33,435 nt of DNA from Octopus bimaculoides (taxonomy: Eukaryota): assembly GCF_001194135.2 (NCBI RefSeq), contig NC_068996.1, positions 5,270,369 through 5,303,803 of the forward strand. Reading direction: 5' to 3'. The position numbers and the translations under genes are program-made. Shown in pieces: positions 1-11,631 of the stretch. Numbering within the stretch: position 1 is the first letter of the stretch; the number at the start of each line of letters is the position of its first letter. Below the pieces are notes generated by a model. The model saw only the letters and a list, made by a program, of their open reading frames with translations, was not told the DNA's origin and searched no databases.

Positions 1-259
1 ATATATGTACTCAACTCATCCACCCTCACTTGAAACACACATGCTCACCCACACATTCGCCAATATATATATATATATATATACCCGCATACACGCTCAC
101 ACACACGCGCGTGGGCAACACGCTTGCACACATACACACGCGCGCAAAATGTTTCGTACACATGTCTATATACGCACATGCCCAAGAAACAAGGCTAAAG
201 GCAAAATACAGAAAAAAAGTGTAAAAATGTGTAAAAAGGCCATAAGGGTAAAAGCTGCT

Positions 260-1290
260 TTTCCAGATGAGCCATCTTTCCATATCACAAAGACTGCACT
301 TTCTGCAGCCGTTGGTGTAGAATTTGCACTTGGCTAAGATCTTCCAATGGATGTTGTAACTGACACCTTTATCTTTTAAGAACCATATATGAATGGATAA
401 TTTGGTCATTTTCCTTTTATCCCAGTGCCTGAAGCAACTCAAGGTGTGATTGCTGAAGGCCCGCGTATTTCTTCGTCGAAACTGTGTCCTTAATATCCTT
501 CCCAAACCGATCCTGTGCTGCTCCATTGGTATCTGCGGTTAAAGCTAGGGCATCCTCTTTGTAAATGGCGAAGTATACGTCAGGAAAAGTCTTGCCCAAC
601 GTATCGAGTAGGAATAGTCCAATAAGATTGCATATGCCTGCTCCATCATATGACCCAATGCTTACATCGAAAGCACCCTCTGTATCGGTAGTCTTGACCC
701 ACTCTGCGTTCTCGCTGAAGAGTAAAGTCTTTCTAGCATGGAAGATTATGTCCTTATCCTGTGTACTGATTTCTATGAATCCGTTTGCGAAGATGAGGGC
801 TTTATCTAGCAGTTCTTTAGAGATAGAGGCATAAAAATTGACAATATCGAACTGCGTGAATCTCGCTTTATTCTTATTCTTAATGGCTTTAAACCAGTGA
901 ACGTCTTCTATACTATTAGACCATTGTACTAACCTAGTGGCATTACTGACTTTCGCATTGATTTTCCCTAAAATTTCTTTACTAATAATGCCAAGTTCTG
1001 ATTTAGCTGGGTTAATAAGCCTACACTTAGGATTGGATAGGAAGTTCTTTTTATGGTCTTTGAAAGTTATAAAGGCCTCTTTTTTGGAGAGGACCTCTAT
1101 TTTTTTTTATATCTAATTTAAGTCTGGCGGCGATAATGCTAACTTCTTTATTAATTTCGTTATAGGTTTGTGGCCTGGCCTTGGGGTAATTATTGATGAT
1201 GCTGTTGTGTAGAACTCGTGAATATATACTGTTTTCTACTAGGTATAAGTTCTTGATTTTATCGATAGGGATATTTTTAATACCGCTGCC
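260..1290 (-). mobile_element. Penelope-like retroelement (PLE) remnant: RT plus GIY-YIG endonuclease C-terminal part, 5'-truncated and internally deleted
   Basis: Manual minus-strand translation: IPIDKIKNLY...EAFITFKDHKKNFLSNPKCRLINPAKSELG...FTQFDIVNFYASIS...FDVSIGSYDGAGICNLIGLFLL...IYKEDALAL (YRDDGL-type RT motif), then KYAGL and FSNHTLSCFRH...TKLSIHIWFLKD...WKIL...YTNGCRKCSLCDMER (PLE GIY-YIG tail with CxxC). Frameshift in the T run near 1101-1109. Confidence 0.9.
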
Positions 1291-1416
1291 CCAGTATATA
1301 ATAAGGCTCGGGAAATGAAACCATTGTAAGTGAAAATGTTAATTGATTAATTAATTAATTAATTTTATCCATTAGATCTCTCTCCGTTTTCAAACTTAAT
1401 AATTATATATATATAT

Positions 1417-1516
1417 NNNNNNNNNNNNNNNNNNNNNNNNNNNNNNNNNNNNNNNNNNNNNNNNNNNNNNNNNNNNNNNNNNNNNNNNNNNNNNNNNNNN
1501 NNNNNNNNNNNNNNNN
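1417..1516. other. Assembly gap (100 N)
   Basis: N run between (TA)n and (GT)n. Confidence 0.99.
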
Positions 1517-1550
<34 letters not shown>

Positions 1551-3497
1551 ATATATATGTATGCATATATATACATACATATGTCTATACATAACATACG
1601 CATACATTCACGCATATAGTCAAACACACACACCCTGTTACTATAGATTAATATCCAACAATATATAGTAGACAGAAGTGAGCATGTTGACTTCATTTAC
1701 AACATCCTCCTGTATTCAAAGGGGGGATATATCCGCTGTTTTTAATTCCCTTAACCATCGCCATGCTCAGAAGCGAATTTACCTAGAGTTTATGCAGTAT
1801 TTTGGTTTGTTTGGTTTGATGTTATTCTAAGTAATATATGTGCAATTCCTGTAGTCTGAATATTGTGAATATTCCCGTATTTTGTAAATACTCATAAACT
1901 CTGAAATGTAAATTATCTATTTTTCTGTTTATTTTTGTCACTTTTCTTTTAATTATTTCTCTGGCACCTATTATTTTACTGTCTGATTCTGTTGTCAGTC
2001 CCCATATATTCCGGCTGTCGTTATTCCTTGTATGTTATTATATGGTTGATTTCTCCATTCCTTTTAGAATATGCCTAAACTAATATTTCGATTGTGAGGC
2101 CCTTTCTTCCCGCTTAGTGCCTGGCAGCAATATCAACACGATAAACCTTGATCTATCTCTTAGCATATCCAGATTATGGCTGCCTTATCATACCCTAAGC
2201 ATTTCTGTCTTATTAATATTTAATAATACAAAGTATTATTTCCAAAGTATGAAATCTCTCATCAGTGTCGTACCTGTAGGTATGACACTGATTACACACC
2301 TTGTGTTTTCGGCATAGATCTATCCAGCCAGGACAATGTTGTAAACTACTTCTCAACTTATTTCGCATGTACCACCAAGAAACTATAAATATTATCTAAG
2401 GAGTAACAATAATAACTTCTTAAACCTATAATATAATCCCTCAGTTTATATATAGAAGGATTAGTGTAAAATTTGAATGTTCCATAACTTAAATATTCCT
2501 TTAACTGATATCATGTATCAGTCTTTTATTGATATTAGCTAAATAAGTTAATATATAATTTTTAGTCCAATATATTTTGAATTATTATACTTTTTCTATA
2601 AATCTTCTTTATTGGTGTTAATAAACTAAATATGTTTTACCATAGCATTAGTAATTAAGCTATTTTATTTCTACGGTATTCTACCCTAATTGATTATTTT
2701 ATTTCATTTCTTTATTAATTTATATTTAGCTTTTATTTATTAATAAAATTAACCTAATTTTTGTATCTCTATAAATTCATACTTAGCTTATACAAAACTA
2801 TACTGATATATTCACTACATATATAAAAAAGCTGCTGAGAATATAGTTTTATTAATATATAATTAGAATGTTCTTTTACTTCAATCCTCCTTCATTAATA
2901 CCAGTATATACCAATTTATCAATATTCACAGATACCATCTGATGAATTAGTATTTAAGTGTACAATATGTATAAATATTAAACTACTTCTGAATAATTTC
3001 TTTTCCTCCCTCTATTGTGGTAAAAAGTTTGGTATACACTCAAAAATATCCATAAATTTCTATCCTTTTGTTTTCACAAGCTACTTTTGGTGGTTTCATA
3101 TGCGGAAACCATTGATTTTGTACCAAAATCAAAACTTATTTAGACCTGCCCATATTGCGAGTTTTCTTCTAGTTCTCCCCTGTTCGGTTTTCTCAAGCCT
3201 GGCTGTATAAGATATTTGTCGCCTGCGCATTCTCGTCTTACTTTTTGGCTTTCTATAGACATTTCGCTATTTTCAAAATAACTGTCTATTTAATTTTTAT
3301 CTTGTAAATTTTGGCTTTATGTCCCTGTTTTTTTTTGTTTTTTTTAGCTATTTTTACATTAAATGTGTATACAATGGGTATTTTATTAATTGCGATCAAG
3401 ACCACAGTATCTTGTTTTGCATGTCGATACTGTGTTTCACCGTGTATTATCAGTGCGAAATTTTCACCTTAAAGTTTATCCTTAAAACTTTTCAATA

Positions 3498-3709
3498 GAA
3501 TTCAGAGCCAACATTGAAAGTTACATCCTTTCGTAAACGAATACGTCTTTGTAAACAACGCAGTCGAATATAGAATAGAAAAATCGATTAAAAAATGGAT
3601 AAAAGTAGATTTTAAATAATAGGTAAAAAACAGCAATTTTTTATCGAATTGTTTACATAAACGTATTTGTTTACGTAACGTCTTAACTTGCAGCGTTGGC
3701 TCTCAATTC
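3498..3709. mobile_element. MITE-like element with ~70-bp imperfect terminal inverted repeats and TA flanks
   Basis: Left arm TA-GAATTCAGAGCCAACATTGAAAGTTAC...CGTAAACGAATACGTCTTTGTAAACAA matches the reverse complement of the right arm TTGTTTACATAAACGTATTTGTTTACG...TAACTTGCAGCGTTGGCTCTCAATTC-TA; non-coding AT-rich centre. Confidence 0.75.
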
Positions 3710-4109
3710 TATAGAATATCTATAGAGATAAACTTTATAATAAGTAATATAATCTTCTTTGTCAGATTCTGGATGTGTAGTATACATTCTAACATTATTG
3801 TTTTTCTTTTTATTTGTTTAGTCCTGTTAATTCATTTACCGTCCAGTTGGGAATACTCTGAATATAACATATTACAGGTAGAGCATTAATACTTATTACC
3901 TTAGTTTTTCAGTTTAGCTCTTTTTCAAGTATCAATCAGATGCATCTATAATCTTTCTTCACAACATTTTCCTTATTACTTTTTTTCCCATGTGTTGCAT
4001 TCTGTTTGGATCATCAATTCTATGCACTTTGGGTGTTATCCTCTTATCCTTATTTCTTTGATAAAGATATTATCAATGCTCTTCATTAATTTTCCTATCT
4101 TCAGGATTG

Positions 4110-4330
4110 CCTTCCGATATCTTCCTAACCTTCTCTACTAAAACTATATAACGTCTTTCGTAGCATCTCTAGTTTGTTTTTTGTTTTGTTTTGTTTTTTT
4201 CTTACCATTTGTAGAATAAAACGCGAGACCGTCATCTTTATGTATATAAAGATGATTGATTGTTCATGTGATAAGTGAGAATGTTTGCGCCAGGAAGAAA
4301 AGAAATTGTGGCAGGCAGTTCACTCGGGAT
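4110..4330 (-). mobile_element. Second, more decayed PLE RT fragment
   Basis: Minus strand reads YIHKDDGLAF (YRDDGL-like) followed, after a (TTTTG)n run, by EMLRKTLYSFSREG, matching the segment that follows that motif in PLE RTs. Short and stop-ridden. Confidence 0.4.
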
Positions 4331-4489
4331 ATTCATCTTGTAATAGAGATGTGATTACTTTTTATAACTTCCTTTTGACACTATCTGCAAAATTTTTTTA
4401 CCACTTACTCATAACGTTGGTGAGATATATGTTGTCAATTCATCTGAATAGCTCAAAAGAGTTGCTTCTCTAAAGACCAGCCCATGTCA

Positions 4490-4502
4490 TATATGTGTGT
4501 GT

Positions 4503-4537
<35 letters not shown>

Positions 4538-4800
4538 TATGTATGTATGTATGTATGCATGTATGTATGTATGTATGTATGCATGCATGCATGCATGCAT
4601 GTATGTATGTACGTATGTATGTATGTATGTATGTATGTACACACACACATATATATGTATCTATATATATATATGCATATGTATATGTATATATATATAT
4701 ATATTTAACTCGTATTTAATAAGTATTTTATACGTATTTAACTCGTTTGTCTACGTATTTCATGTTGTTTACACAGTTGGTGACGTCCTGTACCTATATA

Positions 4801-4844
<44 letters not shown>
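4490..4844. repeat. Compound microsatellite (GT)n/(GTAT)n/(GCAT)n/(TA)n
   Basis: Directly visible tandem repeats. Confidence 0.95.
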
Positions 4845-5655
4845 NNNNNNNNNNNNNNNNNNNNNNNNNNNNNNNNNNNNNNNNNNNNNNNNNNNNNNNN
4901 NNNNNNNNNNNNNNNNNNNNNNNNNNNNNNNNNNNNNNNNNNNNNNNNNNNNNNNNNNNNNNNNNNNNNNNNNNNNNNNNNNNNNNNNNNNNNNNNNNNN
5001 NNNNNNNNNNNNNNNNNNNNNNNNNNNNNNNNNNNNNNNNNNNNNNNNNNNNNNNNNNNNNNNNNNNNNNNNNNNNNNNNNNNNNNNNNNNNNNNNNNNN
5101 NNNNNNNNNNNNNNNNNNNNNNNNNNNNNNNNNNNNNNNNNNNNNNNNNNNNNNNNNNNNNNNNNNNNNNNNNNNNNNNNNNNNNNNNNNNNNNNNNNNN
5201 NNNNNNNNNNNNNNNNNNNNNNNNNNNNNNNNNNNNNNNNNNNNNNNNNNNNNNNNNNNNNNNNNNNNNNNNNNNNNNNNNNNNNNNNNNNNNNNNNNNN
5301 NNNNNNNNNNNNNNNNNNNNNNNNNNNNNNNNNNNNNNNNNNNNNNNNNNNNNNNNNNNNNNNNNNNNNNNNNNNNNNNNNNNNNNNNNNNNNNNNNNNN
5401 NNNNNNNNNNNNNNNNNNNNNNNNNNNNNNNNNNNNNNNNNNNNNNNNNNNNNNNNNNNNNNNNNNNNNNNNNNNNNNNNNNNNNNNNNNNNNNNNNNNN
5501 NNNNNNNNNNNNNNNNNNNNNNNNNNNNNNNNNNNNNNNNNNNNNNNNNNNNNNNNNNNNNNNNNNNNNNNNNNNNNNNNNNNNNNNNNNNNNNNNNNNN
5601 NNNNNNNNNNNNNNNNNNNNNNNNNNNNNNNNNNNNNNNNNNNNNNNNNNNNNNN
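4845..5655. other. Assembly gap
   Basis: N run. Confidence 0.99.
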
Positions 5656-5664
5656 ATATATGTA

Positions 5665-6109
5665 CAGGAGTTGGACAAAATAATGGAATCACCTAGCATC
5701 ATTGCATCGTAATTTTGAAATATTTATAAAACCGCCAAAGGCTTCTTTATGTTTATGCTTTTATTATTAGTTATGCTTAATATGCTTTGCTAAAATTGCT
5801 GTTTCATTTCAGATTTCATCAGAAAAAGGTAATTAAAATTCATTAAAATGAGAGATCTATCAGACTTTAAAAGAGGTCAAATCGTTGGTGCTTGTATGGC
5901 AGGCGCTAGCGTAACGAAACCAGCGGAAATGTTTAGTGTAACAAGAAGTACTGTCTCGAAAGTAATGAGAGCCTTTGAGAAAGAGAGACAAACCTCCTTG
6001 TCGAAACAAAACTCCGGAAGAAAACCAAAACTTTCAGATAGGGACCGTCGGATTCTTATGCGAATTGTTAGAAAGGATCACGAAAGTACAGCTCCCATAA
6101 TCACGGCAG
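5665..6109 (+). mobile_element. Tc1-family transposon 5' fragment (left end plus N-terminal HTH of the transposase)
   Basis: TA then CAGGAGTTGGACAAAATAATGG (Tc1-type terminus); ORF 5848-6126 MRDLSDFKRGQIVGA...SGRKPKLSDRDRRILMRIVRKD is a typical Tc1 DNA-binding region; similarity ends near 6109 and no right TIR is seen. Confidence 0.9.
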
Positions 6110-6129
6110 TTTGCAATATATTATAATGC

Positions 6130-8330
6130 TTCGTCAGGAGTCAGACCGATTATCCGGTATATTCTATGGCCACATACCAAATTAGACGGTAGTACAGGAC
6201 AGTGATATTCCTTCGTCTATATTGGCAATTTCCTGCATTGCCCTATATTCAGTTCTCTTAACTTAATCTTGCATTGAAGTGTATTGTGTTTGAATGAAAG
6301 AGGGAGCTTGATGAAAGTGCAACATTATTCACTTTAAAATGCTTTTGCGCTAGTCCAGCATTTGTATCATACGAGTAAGGCTGCTTGGTAGTATATTATC
6401 AAGTGTTGCACCTTGTGAGTAAATTTCAAGAACATAGTGTACACTAAAAGCAGAAGCAGTCGAATTTCGCTAGCGAGAGAAAGGACGGTACGTTCTGTAG
6501 GACCTCCGATATCAAAGCCGCATATGTATACGCAGGTTTGAGCAAGGGTGTTTTAGAAACTCTATCAGTTGCCTGCACATGCAAGTTACCTTTCGCCATG
6601 CCAACGATATTTAACCACATTAAAGGCTGCCAAATGAGGCGCTAGCTATCGTTGTAAGCATTGCTCTCAGAACGAAAACAGCCAAAAGCGACACCATGGC
6701 GCATCACGCTCATCCTTCTAATAGTTTCGTCAGTCCACCAATTAGCTGAGTCGTTAAAATGCTAGATTCCAAGAAATTAAATGTGGCTTACCATCGCCAT
6801 TTTGCTCAAGTTGGGGACAGGTAACGGTCAACCTGCGATTGTCGTAAACCCTGCAGAAGGCGCCATGTGTTTTTAAAGAAACAAAACATCCTGTGAAGCA
6901 CATTCGGTGTTCAGTGGGAAGTCAGGGTAAGTTGCCTGAATTAGATGTCCAGTTCCACGAACTTTGCGTATGTATGCCCGACATGTTCTTTCCTTTCATG
7001 GCAAGCATCTATAGCTATATCGATCGTTTCTGACACGTAACGTTGAGGACATGAGTTTAACGAAGGTGTTAGAAAATTGATTGACGCATGTAACTGGTAA
7101 CTTGGTTGAGATAGTGTATACCTGATACTAGACATAGTGGAGAAGGTGGTAAACAAATCTGGTTTTTCAGGCTTTCTGAGCCATTTAAATCATTCGAAAA
7201 CTTTTGAAAATGGTATATTTAACCACCTGCTTCTAAAGCAGAAGGTTTTGTTCCAGAATTTCAGGGTTGATCACTACTGGTATTTGTTCGGTGATCAGAG
7301 TAAATGATCACCTATAGGAATCATTTTAAATCAACAGGTAGTCACTGAATGGGGTCCACGCTCTTTGTCTGTCACTCTCTCACTCTTTCTCTTTGTTGGA
7401 AAACATCCCATTCAAATGCAGGAGGTTTCACAGCAATGGTGCGGGATGACACAAAGATTATGTATTTGCCAGCCTAAGGTATGCTCTTTGACTTCCGAAA
7501 GGGACATGTTCCACTGAACAGGCGACTCATCTGCCGCCAACTTGGTTACCTAGAGTGTCCTATAGTATGCCATGGTTCACGATACGTAGATTTCTGCAGA
7601 ATGGTGTATTTACCTTTTAGAAGGCACGTTCTTTACCCTCTCCACCAAATAACTCGATTCTTGGAATGATCAGTAGTACTGGGTTAAACGAAAACTAAAA
7701 CTGGGGATATGAATTCTAGAATATAACAAAGCGCTCGCATCCATCTAATATTCAAACGATGCTGTTGGCGGAATAACATTAGCTTTTTATAAATGATTAC
7801 TGGTGAGAATGAGTAACAAAGTATTCAGAGAAAACCTAAGCGTCGACAAAAGATCAACCAGTTGTTTCTAGAGATCCTCTTACCCAAAGTTATGGAACAA
7901 CTTTCAGAAACCGTTGGCTAGGTCAGCACTTGATGGTTTGAACCAAACTCTCCCGGTAAGGAACTAACCGACTCCTGAGCTTATCTGAAATGCGTGTTGA
8001 GTGACAAAAACAATTCTGCAAGCTTATGTTCAGAATTCTTCATCGTGTCATACAACTACTTTCGCGTGTAAGACAGAGCTTGGCAACCCAGCTTCATCAA
8101 GTTTATTACTTCGGCGTCTGTCTTTAATCGCCGAGATCCCAAAGACTTAATTGATGACAGTAACGAAAAAGGTTGCATGTGAACAAAATTGAAAGAACTG
8201 ATGGCAGACTTTCATCTTCAGCCAACTTTTGATCCACATTCTCGAGATATGTCTTGTTATCGAGTTGATTTGTTGGGATGTGGATGAGAATATGGAAAAC
8301 GAGCCGAGGAAATGAGCCCACGCACATCAC
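6130..8330 (-). mobile_element. Heavily decayed DIRS-like (tyrosine-recombinase) retrotransposon: RT - RNase H - methyltransferase-like domain
   Basis: Motif relics in DIRS order on the minus strand: RT C-terminal TLLLILTSNHL*KANVIPPTASFEY*MD (~7738-7825), RNase H VIIYSDH (7291-7311) and SGTKPSAL, MT-like SINFLTPSLNSCPQRYVSETIDIAIDA...HTYA (ORF 6941-7156). Many stops and frameshifts; boundaries approximate. Confidence 0.55.
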
Positions 8331-8870
8331 AAATCATGCACCTGGTGAGTACAATTGGTAGAATGCACTACCTTAGGTAGCCAAGGTAATACTGGATCTA
8401 TGTGGCCCCCTAATTGTCTCTATGTAGCGATCCTTCACTTTCGACATTATGATGTTATTGCGTACACCGTGTAAACCACTCACATTTCATTTCATCTGAT
8501 TTTCATATAAACCCACACTTGTAATCCGATCATGTACTATCCTACACTATATGTTGTCCATGTGTTACTAATAAGTAAAAATCAATATTATTTTTTCTTC
8601 CTTTTTCTTTCTTTCGTCGTTAATCTTTCGTCATTAATCTTTTTTTTTTTATTGTGTACTCTCACTACAAAACCGAGCGCAGCTCTCTTTATCTTGTACA
8701 CCTACAATATTTTATTTCAACTTCGTATTTTCTATTACATTGATAGTAATTTACGCATTATGTGTGAAATACCTAGTAGTGATATTTCCATTATGGTGTG
8801 AATATGTATGAACTTTACTTTGCTTAAGTTACTTTGCTTAATGTATATGCTTGTTTTCTGGCCCTATGTT

Positions 8871-8871
<1 letters not shown>

Positions 8872-8928
<57 letters not shown>
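8872..8928. repeat. (GT)n microsatellite
   Basis: Visible tandem repeat. Confidence 0.95.
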
Positions 8929-8930
<2 letters not shown>

Positions 8931-8999
8931 TCCATGACCTGAAGTTTTTGTTATGTATTTGTCTGCATTTTAAATCATTCCTCAGGCCTTATCATTATA

Positions 9000-9842
9000 C
9001 GAGGAGGCACCCGAAAGTAACCAGAAACGTTCTCTGTGGAACAAGGTCATTGTAGTTCAGGCTTCCGCCACTAGAAACCACTTAATGTGACCCTCAGGCA
9101 TCTGTCTGCTGACCTGAGTTGTCGAGTAGAGTCACACTGCCACGTGTTGTGCCTGTGTTTTGCAGTGCTTCACTCCTGTTTATCGATTTGTAAAATTGTT
9201 TTCTGCTGGAGAAAACAGCAGCCGAAAAAGTTGTCATGCTTCAAACAGCTTACAACGATGCTGACACAAGCAAAAAAAAACAACACAAGTTTGCGAGTAG
9301 TTTTCACGCTTTAGGAATGGTTACTTGTCACTTGAAACCAACTTTGTTCAAGACGACTGTTGACCTCCTGAATGAATGAAAACATCATGAAAATTCATGA
9401 ACTGATCTTGGAGGATCGTCACCTAACAACTGACGAACTTATTGATATGACTGGTGTATCTTGAAGCTTCTGCAGACAAATTTTGAGCGATGAATTGTGA
9501 ATGAAAAGAGTTGCAGCAAAATCTGTGTCTCACTGAATGCGTTTCGTGAGCTGAAAGGATAGTTGGAAGTTGATCCGGACCTTTTTTCGAAGGTCATCAC
9601 TGTTGACGAAAAGTAATACTATGAAATTTACTGATATAGAAGAAGGGAAGAAAAAACGACGGAGGCATTAAAAGCATCACTTCACAAGAGTTCCAGCTCT
9701 GCTTCGAATAGTGGAAAAGACGTCTGGACCAAAACGTTGCTTCAAATGGAAAATACTTTACAGGCGGTAAAAGTGTAAACATGTAAAACTAAGTGAATAA
9801 AATAACATTGCAAAATTCCGATTTCTTTTGGGTACCTCCTCT
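9000..9842 (+). mobile_element. Mariner element, internally deleted, both TIRs and TA TSD present
   Basis: TA|CGAGGAGGCACCCGAAAGTAACCAGAA ... TTCCGATTTCTTTTGGGTACCTCCTCT|TA. Decayed transposase: IHELILEDRHLTTDELIDMTGVS...MKRVAAK...DPDLFSKVITVDE, then directly to the C-terminal EFQLCFE*WKRRLDQNVASNGKYF. Confidence 0.9.
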
Positions 9843-10365
9843 TATAAGTTGTCTGTTTTCAGCCCTTCATTCTGATTATTTCCATATTGCTATTTCGATA
9901 TAGGTTTTTGAAGTTGATTTACAGTCTTAATAAGGAGAGTTCATTTGAGAAGAATTAGCAATCAAATTAGCACGATAACTGTTTTGACTATCTCATGATC
10001 ATTGTTATCATAGTCATCTGTTTTCATCCAGTGTTTATGCTTTAAGCGCTTTATCGTGCCCATGTCTTTTCTATGTATTCTTTTATTTTTGCATAGGTAC
10101 ATGTATTTATTGTTAAAGACTTCATGAAATCGCATTCCAGCATTTTCAATTTTTTAAAAGAAACTTACAATTACAACAAATGCTCATTTTCTTTGATTTT
10201 GAATACATTATGTTGTGATATGTGTTCTTCCATTGCATATGTCTGGTTGGAAAAAGTATATATTTTTATGGGTTCGAATTTTTCTTCCATCGGGGTAAGT
10301 GTGTTATATACACTCAGATAATTATTGATTTACAGCTTTGATAAGGAGAGTTCGTTTGAGAGGAT

Positions 10366-11325
10366 TTATCCGTCTGTTTCCTGGTGGTCGAGGCATCGCG
10401 TGAGGTAGGTCTAGGTTGTCTATACTAACGATCACAATTTTTAGGAGTGATAGCGACGATGTTACACCTTGCAACCTCTTGTATGACATGTATTCGCCAT
10501 TCTTCCACGGTCACGCCCGCTTCTTCTGCAGCTGTCCGGTCGCCAACCCTTTGCTGCAACTCAGCTCAAGTGAAGTCCCGCTTGACAGCCGCCTTAAAGT
10601 CAGAGCACGCCATTTTCGTACAATTAAGAAACAGCGAATAGGGAGATAGAAGTTCCAGACTGATCCAGGGGTCGGCGTCAGTTGGGAGATCGGCACGAGC
10701 ATGTGGCCACGCATTGTCGGAGATCAAGTAGACGGATTTATCCGCTGGGAACATGTCCGCACATGCTCGAACTGTTTCCGTCAAGAACTCCTCGAAAGAA
10801 TTTCGTGTAACAGTATCGTTTGCGATGGAGTGGTGAACCAGGTCGATTTCTCCCGACACTGCGAATGTGACGTTGCAGTTTTTCCTACGCTGACGGTTGA
10901 CAAAGGGGCTCGTCCAATAGACCACCCGGTTCAAATGTTGTACTCACATTCCTCCATGAATACACCATGGCCGAAGATTCCTTCTTCCATGAACCAATGC
11001 ACATACTCAACGCTTTTCCAGAGCTCTTGGAGTATTTCTTGCATCTGGGACATCTTCGGCCAACTTCATAGTTATCAGCATCCCATTTAGATCTCATGAG
11101 TTTGCAGACACGGAACAGGTGGCTTTCCGGGCAATGTCCCTCTCCGTCTGTTGAAGGATTGCGAGTGGGTTGGCATCAATAATCCCTTGAAGCCTGGCTC
11201 GCATTTCCTCATCAATCTTAACGCGGTTGGCACCTCCTCTGGGCAACTTGTGGCGCCTCCTAAACCGTAGGTAGGTTGCTACTATGGATCGGGCAGTACT
11301 TCTTTTAATGCCAAATGTGTCTGCC
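10366..11325 (-). pseudogene. Decayed IS630/Tc1-type (DDE_3-like) transposase
   Basis: LPRGGANRVKIDEEM...GVFMEECEYNI (first D position reads E)...YLISDNAWPH...LLSPYSLFLNCTK (PYSPxLNPIE-like, E position reads K); frameshifted; N-terminus runs into the gap. Confidence 0.85.
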
Positions 11326-11631
11326 NNNNNNNNNNNNNNNNNNNNNNNNNNNNNNNNNNNNNNNNNNNNNNNNNNNNNNNNNNNNNNNNNNNNNNNNNNN
11401 NNNNNNNNNNNNNNNNNNNNNNNNNNNNNNNNNNNNNNNNNNNNNNNNNNNNNNNNNNNNNNNNNNNNNNNNNNNNNNNNNNNNNNNNNNNNNNNNNNNN
11501 NNNNNNNNNNNNNNNNNNNNNNNNNNNNNNNNNNNNNNNNNNNNNNNNNNNNNNNNNNNNNNNNNNNNNNNNNNNNNNNNNNNNNNNNNNNNNNNNNNNN
11601 NNNNNNNNNNNNNNNNNNNNNNNNNNNNNNN
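11326..11631. other. Assembly gap
   Basis: N run. Confidence 0.99.

Noticed and set aside
5-337. Plus-strand ORFs rich in HT/YI/CV dipeptides (also 1365-1696, 4453-4708, 22577-22972, 23802-24155, 27512-27814, 31799-31990)
   Set aside because: Translations of (CA)n, (TA)n, (AGAT)n or (CT)n microsatellites, or antisense to the PLE.
3822-3877. Plus-strand exon-like segment (TTTGTTTAG| LLIHLPSSWEYSEYNILQ |GTAGAG)
   Set aside because: Good acceptor but mediocre donor, no compatible partner exon found and no recognisable peptide; expected by chance at this AT content.
4497-5712. Long ORFs of 300-400 aa (also 11284-11682 and 18483-19213)
   Set aside because: They are open only because they run through N gaps.
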